Below, one piece after another: positions 34,743-48,266 of a stretch of 64,000 bases of DNA (the first letter of the stretch is position 1; each line of letters begins with the position of its first letter). Made by a program: the position numbers and the translations under genes. The stretch covers positions 186,001-250,000 of the forward strand of contig AP026169.1 of assembly GCA_030295235.1 (NCBI GenBank), written 5' to 3'. This stretch comes from Fistulifera solaris (lineage: Eukaryota). Under the pieces are notes generated by a model. It was not told the origin of the DNA. It searched no databases and saw nothing but the letters and a program-made list of their open reading frames with translations.

Positions 34743-35256
34743 GTGTTGAGTCAAGCGGTCACCCCGCAGCTGAATCATAAAGTCTTATTGGCGTCTTTAA
34801 AGTATGATCTTATCAAATTTTTAGGCAGTGCTCGGGTGACAAGTACGGAAATACTCCGTAAACTAATACTCTGTAGACTACGCATCCTTAGATAACCTTA
34901 GGATGATCTGGGTTTCAAACACGAATGGTTGATCACGGCCAAATTTTCACTAAGGTTGTGACTAAATAGAGTTCCGCGAGAGCGAGTCACATTTTCTCTC
35001 AGCGATATCAACAGACAAATCCTCATTAAGCTTACTACGGGAGAAGGAACTTATCCCTAACTACGAAACACAAGCTATTTTTTTTAGATATTTGGCCCAT
35101 TACCAACCGTCAACAACGAGAATGCTGTGGAACTAAAATTTGCCCTGTTGGATGAGGACAAAAAAACGGTGCCATCTTTCAACGCAAGCCAACTCGAGTC
35201 CAAGATTACCGTGCATCATTTCTTGCCGATTCTTATAAATTTGGTTTGTTAGAGTT

Positions 35257-35742
35257 ATGTTAGCAATTGCGGTAACGTTTGTGATATTGTTGAGCTGCGC
35301 AGTCGTGCCGGTGATGGCGATTTCCGACTCTTCTCCATCAGTGACGTCCGAGCCGGACAGGATAGAACGATCCCTTTTGTTCCGTAGACTGTGCGGACGC
35401 CACCAAGGTCCTACAAAGTTGACAGCAGGAAAGCTAGCCGCTTTTGATATTGGGAAAGACCAGTGGTTAGCTTATGTTCTCGAAGGTGTTCCCTCGGGTC
35501 AAAATTGCGTTTGTGAAACCTCGTGCGCCTTTACGCCTCTCAATATCGATCTATATTCGAATACGGACAACGATGTGACCTTGGATACAGCGTTCGCCTG
35601 GGACGATTCTTCCACGGAGGGTGATAGCAAAGAAAGCACCACAGTGACAATCAACAATGGGTCGAAATTCAACTGCTACGCGTACATCCTTGGAAAGGAA
35701 GAGGCTGATGGCTGCTTTATCAAATGCAGTGCTCAGGCGTAA
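35257..35742 (+). CDS. Small secreted Cys-containing protein, possible PPC-like beta-sandwich
   Basis: Signal peptide, RSL/RRL motifs, and CETSC..IDLY..W..SS.EGDSKES.TV. Confidence 0.65.
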   Translation: MLAIAVTFVILLSCAVVPVMAISDSSPSVTSEPDRIERSLLFRRLCGRHQGPTKLTAGKLAAFDIGKDQWLAYVLEGVPSGQNCVCETSCAFTPLNIDLYSNTDNDVTLDTAFAWDDSSTEGDSKESTTVTINNGSKFNCYAYILGKEEADGCFIKCSAQA

Positions 35743-36143
35743 AGTAAATGCTGACGGGAAGCGAGAAGACTGTTTCAGGTTACGATTGTTGGATAATGAT
35801 TGAAGAGAAACACGATTGTTAGGAATATCGACAGAAATACTTGAGAAATTGAAATACATCGGCTACCATAGCTGAGACAGAAAACATACAACGCAAATTA
35901 TAGTCAACACTTTTCTTTCACATTCTTCATTGTGGGGTATCCCTAAACCAGTCTTTCTCTTAGCTCTGGGCTAGGTTTTTTCTACAGTCTTCTTTGTATG
36001 GGGGAATGCGGGGAGGCGTTGCGTTCGTGTTGTTTCCTAACCTTATTGCAAAAAAGCCGGCACGACTTGCCGACAATAATACAGGCCGTGTTATTGCACG
36101 ACGTTTTGAAGAAGAGCTGAATACAATCATTAAACCATCAAAA

Positions 36144-36601
36144 ATGGCATCAAATGGGACTATGCACCGCAAATCTTCGAGTCATGGTGACAAGCACTAT
36201 TCCATGCTGGAGCCGTGTCGCGTCGTCATTCAAAGTTCGACAAGGAAAGGACTGCCACCTGTGAGACTGCCCGCGGAGTGCGTTGCCGCCAGTGAAACCC
36301 CGCTACCTCCCTTGTATAATTTTTGTTTAGGTGCGTAAGGTTGTTCATCCTTTTATTTTACTACTCAAGCAACTATCCAACGACTGTGCGCGTGCTCGAT
36401 CACTCAGAAAAACAAGTCATTAGTCGTCAAAGCGAACGACATGAGCAGCTTCAATTAGGAGAAAGTTCAGAAGATGTAAAGCAAGGTTTTGTAAATCGTA
36501 TGAAGAGCGTCACAAATGCTGAAGAGGACCTATGTATCGCAATTTTGGAGGACAACAAGTATGATTTGAAAGCGTCCCTTAACGCATTTTTTCAATCGTA
36601 G
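36144..36601 (+). CDS. Small protein with a C-terminal UBA-like domain; probable intron ~36331-36369
   Basis: FVNRMKSVTNAEEDLCIAILEDNKYDLKASLNAFF is a UBA-like three-helix pattern. The exon structure is uncertain. Confidence 0.55.
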
Positions 36602-36728
36602 GAGTTGCACGCCGTAGGGGCACAAGCGAGAAGGCATACGTTTGTATAAGATGCTTTTCACATATAAATTATTTACAATCTCTAAAACTATTTTCATAAG
36701 GGTTCCTCATAAAGCTTGTGCAACGTGT

Positions 36729-37682
36729 TCATGTCATAGAAACGACAATGTAGAGATACGAGTCGGGATGACACAAACACTCCCATAAATCTAGAACTGA
36801 CAAATCAAGCGAAGGATTAATCCCTTGAATTTTCCAACCGGCTGAAGAAAAATCCGCAAGCGAATCCTGGTCCGTATCCATAGTTCTGTCGAACCCTAAG
36901 TCAGGGAGCCAATCCCGTAAAAGTCCACCCAAACGTAACTGCCGATCCACCAAGCACGACTTTTGCAAACACGGCAATGAATTAGAAGAGAGCAATACAC
37001 GCACTGGGATACGCTGATTCGTAACATCTTCGGTGATTCGGGAGCGCCATTCGTGACGACTCCCGCATTTGGCTTCCTGCAAATTGTTCCACAATTCGTC
37101 GTGTGCCTCTTTCGTCATCCATTGCAAGGCGGCACGACCCGACCCCGCCCGCAAGGCAATCGCTTGTTTGATTGAATTTTGAAAATGTGATCGCAGTGCC
37201 TGAATCGAAAATGGCAAAAGTTGGGAGGGAAAATTGTTAAAGTGCAAACGCAACCGCCAAGGCAGAGTATGGTTCGCGTGCATGTCGTAGAGAACACCCG
37301 TAAACAATTGCCATCGTAACGGAGCTTGAGTGGCCTCGTCTTCCCACCAGCAATCGGGTAAATCGGATTTTGAGTTATCTGTTGGTTGGATTGGTTCTTT
37401 GGTGTCAGTTTCTTCCTCCTTTAACTCTCCTGGATCGGGCTCTTGCCATTTCAGTCCTTGAAATGCAATAGGGGCAAATGGATGTAAGCGACGAATAGCA
37501 GTAGAGAGTCCCAAATGTAAATACGTTTGTCTAGAAACGAGAAAGTGCAAAGGTGGCGGTCCTGTTGGCGCTGAGAGCGACGTTGGTGCCAAGGTAACGA
37601 CAACAGGGATACGACCATCGTTGTTGATCCGTTTCACGGTTTCAGAGTCGAAAAGATGAGGCGATTCTTGGCTTGGGTTCAT
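36729..37682 (-). CDS. ATG5: Autophagy protein 5
   Basis: GRIPVVVTL, PLRWQLFTGVLYD, LPWRLRLHF, FQNSIKQA, RIPVRV, IQGI.P, LCHPDSYLYIVV. Confidence 0.9.
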   Translation of the reverse strand: MNPSQESPHLFDSETVKRINNDGRIPVVVTLAPTSLSAPTGPPPLHFLVSRQTYLHLGLSTAIRRLHPFAPIAFQGLKWQEPDPGELKEEETDTKEPIQPTDNSKSDLPDCWWEDEATQAPLRWQLFTGVLYDMHANHTLPWRLRLHFNNFPSQLLPFSIQALRSHFQNSIKQAIALRAGSGRAALQWMTKEAHDELWNNLQEAKCGSRHEWRSRITEDVTNQRIPVRVLLSSNSLPCLQKSCLVDRQLRLGGLLRDWLPDLGFDRTMDTDQDSLADFSSAGWKIQGINPSLDLSVLDLWECLCHPDSYLYIVVSMT

Positions 37683-38031
37683 CTCGCGGGGTTTTGTGCA
37701 AGGAAGGGCAAAAAACAGATGAAAAGCAGCCTCTTGAAAGATATTATGAAGCCGAGATAGCCATAGGAGGATACCTAGAGACATGTACTTTGGACACCCG
37801 GGCTTTCGACGAAAATGCGATGTGCGAGTCCCCAGTCGTGCCCATCATTCAATCACGAGGCACCAGTAAATTAGTCGCAGCGGTGACTTTTTTGACGCCA
37901 CAAAATTCGCTTTCCGAGTTCGAAAACATGCCGTGAAAGAACACCATTGAAAAAAAAGCGAAAGCCGAGATCCCATCGTCCTTTCTCGTTTCCTGCCGAT
38001 AGTCCACCACTCTCTTTTCTAATCTATCACC

Positions 38032-38978
38032 ATGTCGTCCGCCTCAGAACCACGTGCGGTTGCTCGTGACATTTTCTCCGCGACGATAGGGAGTATCTGT
38101 TGTTGCTATGTCGGCCAACCGTTTGACACGGTCAAGGTAAGCAAAAATGGATCCTACACGACAACTTTCTCACTTTATACAAACTAAAACATCTGGACCT
38201 AGGTACGGATGCAAACGAACCCTTCCATTTATAGCAACGTCATGGCATCCACCCAGGCGATCTGGATGCAAGAAGGAGTGACCGCGTTCTGGAAGGGAGC
38301 CGTTCCGACGGCCATGGGGATGGCGGCCGAAAATGCCATGGCGTTTGGTGTCAATGCCGCTTTAAAACGTGCGTTTCCGGATCCAGCGACCAAGAGCGAA
38401 GGACCGCCGAGTCTACTCAAGCCATTTGCCATGGGCGCCATCACGGGATGCTGCTCGGCATTCGTTCTCCTTCCGAGCGAAATTGTCAAGGCGAAACTAC
38501 AAGTCGTGGTTGGAAAAACATTACGGTGCAGGATGTCATTCAAAGTATTATTAAACGTCAGGGGTACTCGGGTATGTTCGCCGGACTTGATGCTCAATTA
38601 GCCAGGGATTCTTCGTTTTACGCTGTTTTCTTCGGTGGATACGAGCTTTTCTGTTATGGTTTTCGCACATTTGTGCCATCAATGCCGGATGAATTAAATT
38701 ATTTTATCAGCGGTGGCCTTGCGGGATGTGTCGGATGGACGGTAGCCATGCCTTTTGATGTACCAAAGACGAATGTACAAGCAAGCTACGATTCCAAAAT
38801 TATTGGAACCTACGTTCCGGAGCTCCTAAAAATCGCAAAGCAACGGGGGATTGGGGGTCTGTATAGCGGTCTAGGGCCGACGTTAGTTAGAGCATTTCCA
38901 GCAAATGCTGCTCTTTTCTTGGGTGTGGAGACGGGGAAAAAGTTTTTCGATAATGCTGTGTGGAAAGAGGCAGCTTAG
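38032..38978 (+). CDS. Mitochondrial carrier (SLC25; carnitine/ornithine-carrier-like); intron 38137-38202, frameshift ~38518
   Basis: Three signature motifs PFDTVK|VRMQ, PSEIVKAKLQ and PFDVPKTNVQ; also RAFPANAALF. Confidence 0.9.
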
Positions 38979-39137
38979 TATGTTATGGAAAATTTCCTTG
39001 CTGCTCAACGCATTTTTGTCGTTTGAATAGTATGAGCGTGACTTTGTCTCGACATGAATATGGACATGATTGTAAAAGTGATACAGATGGCAGAACAAAC
39101 ATATTGCTATTATGATCAACATTTGTTAGACAGCGCA

Positions 39138-42100
39138 TTACTCGTCGTCGAGCTCCTCTTGTGGAATAGAGCGAAGCGGTTGTTTTCGCTTGGGCTTTTT
39201 GCTCTTTTTAGCTTTTGCAGCTTTTCTGCCCCACGGCCTCATTCTCGGCCCTCAATGGCTGCAGTTTCGCTTATCTTGTTCTCCCACTCGTCCAAGAATT
39301 GACGAGATTCTGGCTTTGCGGACTTTTTGGCTTTCCCCACAATGATCAAAAACTGCTTCTTCACGTCTTCGTTGCAAAGAGCGTCTTTATAAAGTTTGAA
39401 GCTATCGGACAAGCACTTGATTGTCTTCTCGTTCATTTTAAGTTGTGATAGGCAAAAACAAGATCAGCTGTTTGATCTAGGGATGAGCACTTCGGGAAAC
39501 GTTGGCAAAGTTTTTCCGTCAGCATCTCGTTCTGTCGGTCTTTCTTGACGTAGCCAAGCAAGAACGACATGATACCCTGAAATCTTCCTTCTGCATTGCT
39601 TGTTGGCTGAGTTGGCTGATGATATCTGGTAAAAGATTGTAGACAGGGTTGTTGCTCCTTTTGCTGAGTTCATGGAACAGTAACCGAGACATATCCCGAA
39701 TTCGAGGATCATTATCTCTTAGACAAAGAGCAATTTCACAGACTTGGCCCTTGACTTTGACCATGTCGTTCAAGACCAGATGTGTTAAGACCATCAGGGT
39801 GTGTCTTCGAACCTTGGTAGAGTTATCACGTAGACAGGCGTACAGATGAGGTGTGTAAGGTTCTACTTCGTTAGGAAAACGAAAGGCCAGATCCCCTAGC
39901 GCAACAACGGTGTTGGCTCGAAGGGTTGTATCACCAGGTGGCGCTTTTGACAAGGCTGTAAAAGAAGTGGTAGATGCTTCTCGCAGAATTGGCTCGAGAC
40001 ACACATGAATTTAGTCAAAGCTAAAACGGATGCTTCCATAAGAATGTTGGAATCGAACCGCCCTCCTTCGTTAGCCACAACGCGGGCAAGGAGCGGTCCA
40101 AACTTTCCCATGAGTCCCCTATTCAAGATTTCCCTTTCGGATATCTCGGCCATATTCCTTTCATTTTCTGCTTCAGCTGCTTGAGCGATACCCAGTTCAG
40201 CCTCGATATCATCGTCTTCATGAGTACTAGTACGACGTTTGGTCTTATCCGCTTCTTCTTGCATCTTTACGGCACGTTTCGCATTACCTCGTCGTACGCT
40301 TCCACTTAGAGCCTCTGTATATACCAGCAAATTGAGCGAAATTTGTCCAAGAATGTGGAAGAATCGTGCTAGATGAAGTGGGTGGCAAAGAGAATTTCGT
40401 CGTTCAAAGGTGAAATGACTCATAGTGACGATAATAGTACGACAAGCCGCCTCTGGCTCGGGGCAAATAACAAAGAGAGCTTTTATTGCTTGCTCTGCTG
40501 CAGAAAACCATTGGAGAGTATCGGCTTGGTCGGCCTCGAGACACCAGTCACCTTGAGCGACTGTGCACAGCTGCTCCATCAGACGCTCAAGAATCAAATA
40601 TTTGGCATCACTCAAATCGATTTTCGCACGGGGTACTCGTTGCAACAAAACCGCAGCTGCACCAATGGCAGCCCAATCCCGAGAGTCTTCAGCATGATCG
40701 CCTAAAGCCGTATCAAGCAAAAGTTTGAGACGACTCTTACTATCAATGATGCTACGATCAGCAGTGGCGCCCATAGCTATCAGCTGAAGGGCGTTAGTGC
40801 GATTTTCGTGGTCATTTGCTACAGCCGACCATAAAATACCAAAAACTTCGGCAGGAATGCGATTTTCTTTGACCAAATGACATATAGCTTCTTCAATCGA
40901 TGCCAGCTCACTTTTGTTTGCCTTGTCAACAAGTTGAACCAGGTTATTGGCGATGCGCTTACTAGGAAGATTCTCCGTCCCCTCTGATCCAGGAACAGTT
41001 ATGAAAACCTCGACAAATGCTTTCAATACTTCCTCACGAATGGCTACCTCTTGTGACCACATGAGAGCTAGCGCATGTTTCATACCGGTAACTGCACAGG
41101 GTAGTTGAAAGTGCTTCGCTTTTACAAAGAAGCGCAGGGATTCGGTCACATCGGTGGTGTTATTTGATAGCATCAAACTTTCAAAGGTCGATGTAGCGTC
41201 TTCCAAAAGATCGATAAAATCGAGGGCGGATTGAGTAAACTTTAAAGCCAGGGCCTTTGTGCAAAATTCCTTGTCTGCGCTGGAGAGGTTTTCGGTATGT
41301 TCGAGCAGCGTGTCAGCTTCTGATAGAGACGCTGCTAGGGCAGCTCGCTCCACTTCTTGCATCGCGACCGCGTCTTCGGACTCCTCGGCATCCTTCATTG
41401 CTGCTTCATTTGCTCCGCGGATATGTGGGGGCATGTTCTCTTTCATGTACGTATAAAGCTCATTCAACTTCGTGCGATAGGGTGCAGGATCCAGATTTCC
41501 CATGAAAGGATTGTTTTCCAAGAGCTCCGAAATCAGCTGCGATAAGATTCTTGTGAGAGGTTTTGTTGGATCAGTAAGAACTAGGCTTGACATTCATACT
41601 TACCAGCAGCGCTTGTTTGCGAACAATCACAGTCCTATCTTGTAATCGGTCTACCGCCATTCGCGTTACAGGCAAGAAGTGATCCTTCGGTAAACTCTTG
41701 CTTTGAATCAAACTTATCCATGTTCGTAAGACCGTTGCTCGCGTGTATGAGCTAGTGTCGTAGATCCGTGTAGAAAGAACAGACAACAAATTTTCCCGTG
41801 CTTTGCTTGCATCGAACATGACCGAGTTTTCGGATTCGGCGTTGTTATGTGCTAGTGATTGGAGAATATGGCCGATTGCTGTGATGAGCGCATTGCGCAT
41901 GGTGTATGGTTCGCTGTTGAGAAAGAACATGAGTTGCGGCATATGTTTCAGTACCAAGCGAGGTTGCGATGCAGCAAGGCTTGAGACAAAAGGCGCAACA
42001 TTTTTGATGCCCATGCCGTCTAATCGTGCTACTTCTCGAAGAAGTTCAACCGACAAAGTTTCGCTTTTAGCGCATAACTCAGCCACGATAGTTGACATGT

Positions 42101-42900
42101 GCTCCATCGAATGCATCATGTCCATGAGGGATGTCGTAATTAAACTTAAGATTGAAGTGTGGCTCAACGACACCTCAAGGATCTGTAGAGCAGTATCCCC
42201 ACAGGCGGTTTTTCGATTGATCACTCCGCTAGAAACTTCGAGCAATGTGTAGGCAGTTCGACAAGGCAGAATGATGACGCTCTCGTCCACGACACCACGT
42301 TGCCAGAGTAAATTCGGATATTTCGCCATATGGTGAGCTGCAGTCAATAGAGTTTTCGCCGCAATGCTGCGATATTCGGAATCAAAGCCAGTTTCCTTGC
42401 GATGAGCCTCGTTCAAAAACGTGAAGGTGTAAATCATGTAGACGTGGCAAGCCCAAGCATCACGGAACGCTTGAGACACCACATCATTTGATGTTACTAA
42501 AATATCCGCTAATGACTTTATTGCATCAGCGAGGACCTGAACAAGATCGTTTCTTGTTTCGAGTGAAAGTGACGTAGATTTTCTGAACAAAGAGAGAGGT
42601 TAGCAAGCGAACTATACAAGATATTCTGCTTTTTAAAAGATCGATCACTTACCGCACGAGCGTATACAGAGCTTGCATTCGTTCTTCATCCAACCAGACG
42701 TCCTCATCTTCTGAAAACAATCGGTGATCACTATTCTTCAGTACGTGGTTTCCTCGCTCGAGTTTGTTCACCAATTCCGTGAACGAGTCCGCACGGGCAG
42801 CCTCGTTGTCGTCGGCGAAATCTTCCGGATAGGGAAGAAGGTCATAAGGAGCTCTTTCCAAGTCCTGGATAGAGGAAGGGATAGGAAAGCGAGACTTCAT
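39138..42900 (-). CDS. NCAPD2: Condensin complex subunit 1 (CAP-D2/Cnd1); introns (42652-42583, ~41602-41550s) and frameshifts
   Basis: RIYDTSSYTRATVLRTW, RLQDRTVIVRKQA, LTKFMCVSSQFCEKHLPLL, ALGDLAFRFPNEVEPYT, NDMVKVKGQ, YNLLPDIIS. Confidence 0.92.
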
Positions 42901-43455
42901 GGTGTTAGCGGCTTGACGTTTCGATGAAGTCCATTGTGAGACTTCGTTTGTTCGATGGTCGGATCATTGCTTAGCGCTTAGCGGTGAACGACGCTGGCGA
43001 ACTCGTTTTATGAATAACGAGTAGCTATTATTTTAAGGGTTTTTAATAAGCCTTGCGTCACACAATCCACTCTTGTAAGTTCAAATTTTAACGATGCGGT
43101 ACTGTCATATCTATCAGAAAATCGACAAAGCAAGAAGTATTAGGTGTACGTAGTCCATTAAAGTTGATACAGAACTACCACCACCACCTTCTATTTATTC
43201 TGCATACGTAGTACAGCATAATCGAAATCGTATCGGTACGGTACCGGTACCGGTATCCCCCGGTACCGCTACGAGGTAAAGCAAAAACGCGTCCGCAAAA
43301 ATCTGGCACGAAGATGCACGAAGGACGAAGCTAGCGTGCCTCGACACAATGAGGATGCCCATTATACATTGAGAACGAAGAATCATCGTCTGTAAGCGTA
43401 AAGCTGACCGTTTCTTTCATCATCAAGCACATAAACGAGCTTTTTACCAACAGTG

Positions 43456-46400
43456 ATGGATCCAATGGAAGAAATTTCCTTTTCGGAAAAGGACGATGTC
43501 GATGAAAGCGAAGAGTGTAGTGAACGAATGTTCCACGGAAGTATAAAAATGAATGACATGTACGATGATGAAGAAAGTTACGATATGATGGATTACGGAG
43601 ATCCTGAATGTATTGAAAGCGGAGTTGTTTACGACAGTGTATTTGCTGAAGCCGCTTTAGATCCGCTGTTTGAAGTGAGCGAAAATACGCTAAGTTACGA
43701 CGAGGAAGGAACCACCGATTCTCAAACAATCCGGCCCAGTAGTCATCCTGGGAATCCGGTCGAACGAAAATTTGCATCTAGTCTTACTGGGGGAGGTTCC
43801 GAGCCATTTTCACTTTTACCGGGGCGAAAAGGAGATAATTTGCAACCATCTCGGCTAGAGCCGCGCCGCCGGAAAACAATATCGGGCCCAAGGCCTGCAA
43901 ATGAAAGTGATCTTCCGTTACGATCGTCCCGACGTCGGAACCTTTACCGACCTTCTTTGACAGAATCGCTGGCGGACTCTTCCGTATCTTCCGATGGGAA
44001 CGACAGTTCACGTCCAAAATCACGCAATGCGACTGTCTTTGCGGTTAGTCGCATTTCGACACGCCGAAATACTCTGAAACGGGAAACGAGCAAAGACTCT
44101 TTGACAGCTGCTGTCGATCGTCTTGCTGAGAACAGCAATGATTGGGAAAATGTGGCAGCGGCGGCCGCTGTGGTGGCCGCATCCACTCACACACTGGCCA
44201 AACGGAGTCTTGTTCAGTTCAGTCGAGGCGACCACGTTCTGGTCATGCTGACTCTCCTCAATATCACCAACCAGCTCGATGATAAGGATATGTTTACGAC
44301 AGATCCTGTCAACTGCTTCGGTTACGCCGCCGGCGAAGGCACCAATGAAGCTCAGAGGCATGGACCTTATAAGTATCTGCTTTGTCATGTTCAAACGGTT
44401 CATTTCGACGAAGACGAGCGATATTACACGGTGACTCGAATGGATACTGGATCTCAACAACGGGCCGATCCCGGCTGGATGGAACCCATCAAGGACCCAC
44501 GGGCGATCGAACGAGCATTACGTGCCGCACGCCGAACTCCACGATCCCAAGACGCGCCGAAAGCAGAGACACCGGGGCTTTGGTTTTGGTTGGCCGTTTC
44601 GCCGTTGCACTTCTTGACCACGAAAGCACTTCCCTTTTATAAGCACACGAAACGATCCACGAAACGGCTCGTGGAAAGCATTGTTCACGGGAAAGATGGT
44701 TACGAACTTCGTTTCCGCTGCACGGCAATCAACTTTCTGGTTCTTTGCAGTTTGATTTATCTTTTCGTCGACGTTGTTGCTTTGGCTTTCCTTTCTACTG
44801 AGACTGACTTTGCTGTTTCAGCTGTTGCAGCGTAAGTTTTAGTGCGATGATTCCTTATTCCAGATAGAGTAAGCTGACTTCTTTTCAGGTTCGTTTGGCT
44901 AGTTCTACTTCTCGAACTCTTGTTTGAGTGCATGATCCGTCCTTCAAATTACTTTTCTCTTTTAAGGACAGACAAGGCCTATGCACCACTAACAGCACGA
45001 AACATAAACAGGTTTCATCTTGGTTTGGAGCTCATCGCGTTGCTGATATTCGTCCCATCAATGTTGTGCATCATGACCGATTATTGTGAAGATAATATAT
45101 GGTTCAATGGTGTCGAGGCTGCTTTGAGTGCAGTCAAAAGCGAGAATGCTTGGCGAGCCGCAATTGGGAGATTTAATATGAATTTGACATTTCTGAGATG
45201 TTTTGGGCCAGTAAGACATTGGAAACAAATGTGGATCGCACATACCCTCGAAGGCAAAGACAGCAGTCAAAACAGTAAGTTGGCGATAAGCGAGATGGGC
45301 CATGTTCAATTCTTGACATCTAATTATATTGTCCAAAGATTTTACTCGTAAACTGTTTCTCATGGACCATGATCACGGCAAACGAGTTAAGAAGCGCTTC
45401 AGCAAGGCGAAAGCAAACAAAGAGGTTAGTATAACCTCCTTGTTCTCCTGTGATTGTGCGACGCATACTCGAACTAAGTTTGCAATATGTTTAAATAGGA
45501 TGATGAGACTGAAATTACGGTAGACCAAGACGTCGAATTAAAATCACAATCGAAAGAAAATGATCAGCAGCTGAAGAACGCTGCAACCATCGGAACCGCC
45601 CTGACTGTCCTCAATTCACATAGGGCTTTATTTATACTGTAAGTGACACAGAACGAGCACTCTGGTGAATTTCATACGCAAGTATTAACCAGTCCGTACC
45701 GCAGACTTGCTGTTGTCGCCATTCTCCCATCCATCACCACGCTTTGGAAGCAGAATCCACTTGGGACCAAGTCGCTTGATCTCCTTATGGCTTATAACAT
45801 CGCAGCAAATTCAACGGATGACTGTGAGTTTCTCCAACATGCAGTTAGCTCTTGGTTATCGTCAGTTGCAATTGTCAGCGACAGCTATGTGAAAACTGGA
45901 AATTATAAGTTAGTCGAAGATGTTTACGTTCTTTGGGCGGAAATGCGCCCGGTTCGATGTGATTGGCAAAGAAACGACGGCGTTATCACAAAATGCGATT
46001 TATTTGATGTAAAAGTCCCTGGAATTGCTTTAGCTTGTGACTTGTGGAACTCTACAATGCGCGATTCACCAGACGGTGTCACTAACAACTACTTGGCTAG
46101 TCAAATTGGTATCCGAACCGGAGAGGCATTAGACCTGGAGAAGCGTAAATGGGGCATGTCCGATTTTTATGGGTCGATCGAGGAGGATGAGTTTTACGTC
46201 AGAAGCGTATTCAATGAATCTCATGCTGTTGCACTTGCGTAAGTTCTTATCTGTGAATTGCCGTATTGCTCTCTGGTTGAGCTTCGCGTTTCTAAAATTG
46301 CGAAAACAGGTACTTGTCACTTTTCCTCCAATTATTCGGGCTGTTGATGCTATCACTAGTTGGATTAACTGTACTGCGTGAAGATGCGGGACGACTAGTG

Positions 46401-48083
46401 CTCGGTCCTTTACAGCGCATGTTGATGATTGTTGTCAGATGTAAGTGCAAGGTGTCTGTTGGCATCTGTTCAAAGTGCGATAACCTAAACTGAGTATTTG
46501 TTTCGACGCAAATGAAGATGCCGAAAACCCGTTGTCGCTAAGAGCGCAAAGGTCCGGGCAACGCCTCGATGAGAAAGAAAATGAGTCTAAAGAAGAACTT
46601 GGTAACTACGAGACAGAGCAACTTATTAATGCGATCGCTAAGATCGCGGACTTGTTGAGAAAATGTTGGGGCGTTGCAGGAGCTGGTATCATTTCCTCGA
46701 ACCTTGCCCGGACCAGGATGGGAAAACCGTCGTCTTTAACCCGACGGTTCCAGGGAAAAGCGTGTACGCTCTGTTCGGGTTCGTCGCAATCAATGACTTC
46801 AGCAAGCAATTACGTGTTCTCGGTGATGATGTCATGAAATTGATCAATGACGTGGCTCGTGTCGTTCATGATGAAGTCTTTCGATGGGCGCTTAACGATA
46901 GCGGGCAATGCAACAAGAACTTGGGAGCAGCCTTCTTGATGGTTTTCCGCATCGGCGACTTTTCCGAGGTCCACGAAAAGCAGAGAAGAGCTGCGGCGGT
47001 GGTTTTCAAAGGGCAACAGAAGAAAGCAGTTAGATCACGAAAGCAGAGGTCGAAATTCCGCAGAAGTAGCACAAAACAAATTGAGGGAGGACCAGCTTTG
47101 CAGCTTGCGAGTCTACCTGGAATTCAGTCCTTTGCCGATCGAGCCCTCTTGGGCCTCTTAAAATCGTTTGCCGGTATCCACAGAGATAAACATCTCAGAG
47201 AATGGGAAGGAGATTGGCGGTTGGGTGCAGGGGTTGGGGCTTTTAAAGTGAGTGTGATTTATGGCATGGATGCGGGTTGGGCCGTGGAAGGAGCAGTAGG
47301 TAGTGAGTACAAAATTGACGCCACCTACCTGTCACCTCATGTCAACATGGCCAGTCGCATGATGAGTGCTTGTAAGCAGTATGGGGTGACGATGCTAATG
47401 AGCCAAGCCGTTGAGGAACTTTTGAGTACAAAATTGACGCCACCTACCTGTCACCTCATGTCAACATGGCCAGTCGCATGATGAGTGCTTGTAAGCAGTA
47501 TGGGGTGACGATGCTAATGAGCCAAGCCGTTGAGGAACTTTTATCAAGGACAGCGAGAAGTAAGCTTCGGCACTTGGATACTGTCTACGTGAAGGGCAGT
47601 AGCGTCGCGCAACGCATATACACATATGACTGCAGGTTTGACGGTGTGGACTATTTCTTGTACGAAAGAACCCCCGAACAAGCTGATGCTGAAGCTGCTG
47701 CTTATACCCAATCCATTTGGGACACTGACAAAGATCTCCAAGGGATGAGACAACATGTAGGCGATGATTTTATGGAGAAGTTCAGTGACGGTGTGCAGCA
47801 TTATCTTGACGGAAGATGGACTGAAGCGGTGGAGCTTCTCCAAGATGCTGATGATCTAATGCTTAGAACAGTACTGGAAGAAGGATATGTAGATCACAAG
47901 GCTGATGACTTTGGAGGAAAATTATTTGATCGCACTGGTCAAAGGGGGTGTGACGACGAGATAAACAGAATCAGGAACGACTTTGGCGATGGTGCGTGCA
48001 AGTGCTTGGTGCAATACATGCTTAGGAGAAAATGCAAGCCTCCCAGTGACTGGAACGGTGTCCGCGCATTGATGAGCAAATAA
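43456..48083 (+). CDS. Multi-exon membrane class III adenylate cyclase homologue (alveolate AC-alpha-like architecture) with a degenerate catalytic site
   Basis: TM region followed by YETEQL..AI.KI..LL, GVAGAGII, FGFVAINDF, NKNLGAAFLMVF, GWAVEGAVGSEYKIDATYLSPHVNMASR, and a C-terminal TPR-like helix ending PPSDWNGVRALMSK. Confidence 0.85.
47305..47542 (+). repeat. Perfect 119-bp tandem duplication inside the cyclase exon
   Basis: 47305-47423 is identical to 47424-47542. Confidence 0.95.
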
Positions 48084-48266
48084 TGAGCAAATAATAGAAG
48101 CATTTGTTTGAGGCCGCTACGTTGTGCTACTTCGTATTTCTTACCAGCGTGAACGGATTTTTATGCTATTTGTCAACCATGTTATGAAAACTATACATGC
48201 ACGATGTTTCTTTTTGGTCCATTTTATATTTTTCATTGTTATCAGAGACAATTACTTCTTGTTACA

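Noticed and set aside
43230..43270. GGTACC repeat cluster; also (CAA)n near 50708 and (AAT)n near 63715
   Set aside because: Short simple repeats in promoter or UTR regions with no further structure.
47305..47542. Intron gain by tandem duplication
   Set aside because: The unit has no AG|GT site that would excise exactly one copy. The one frame-restoring option I found needs a poor GAG acceptor.
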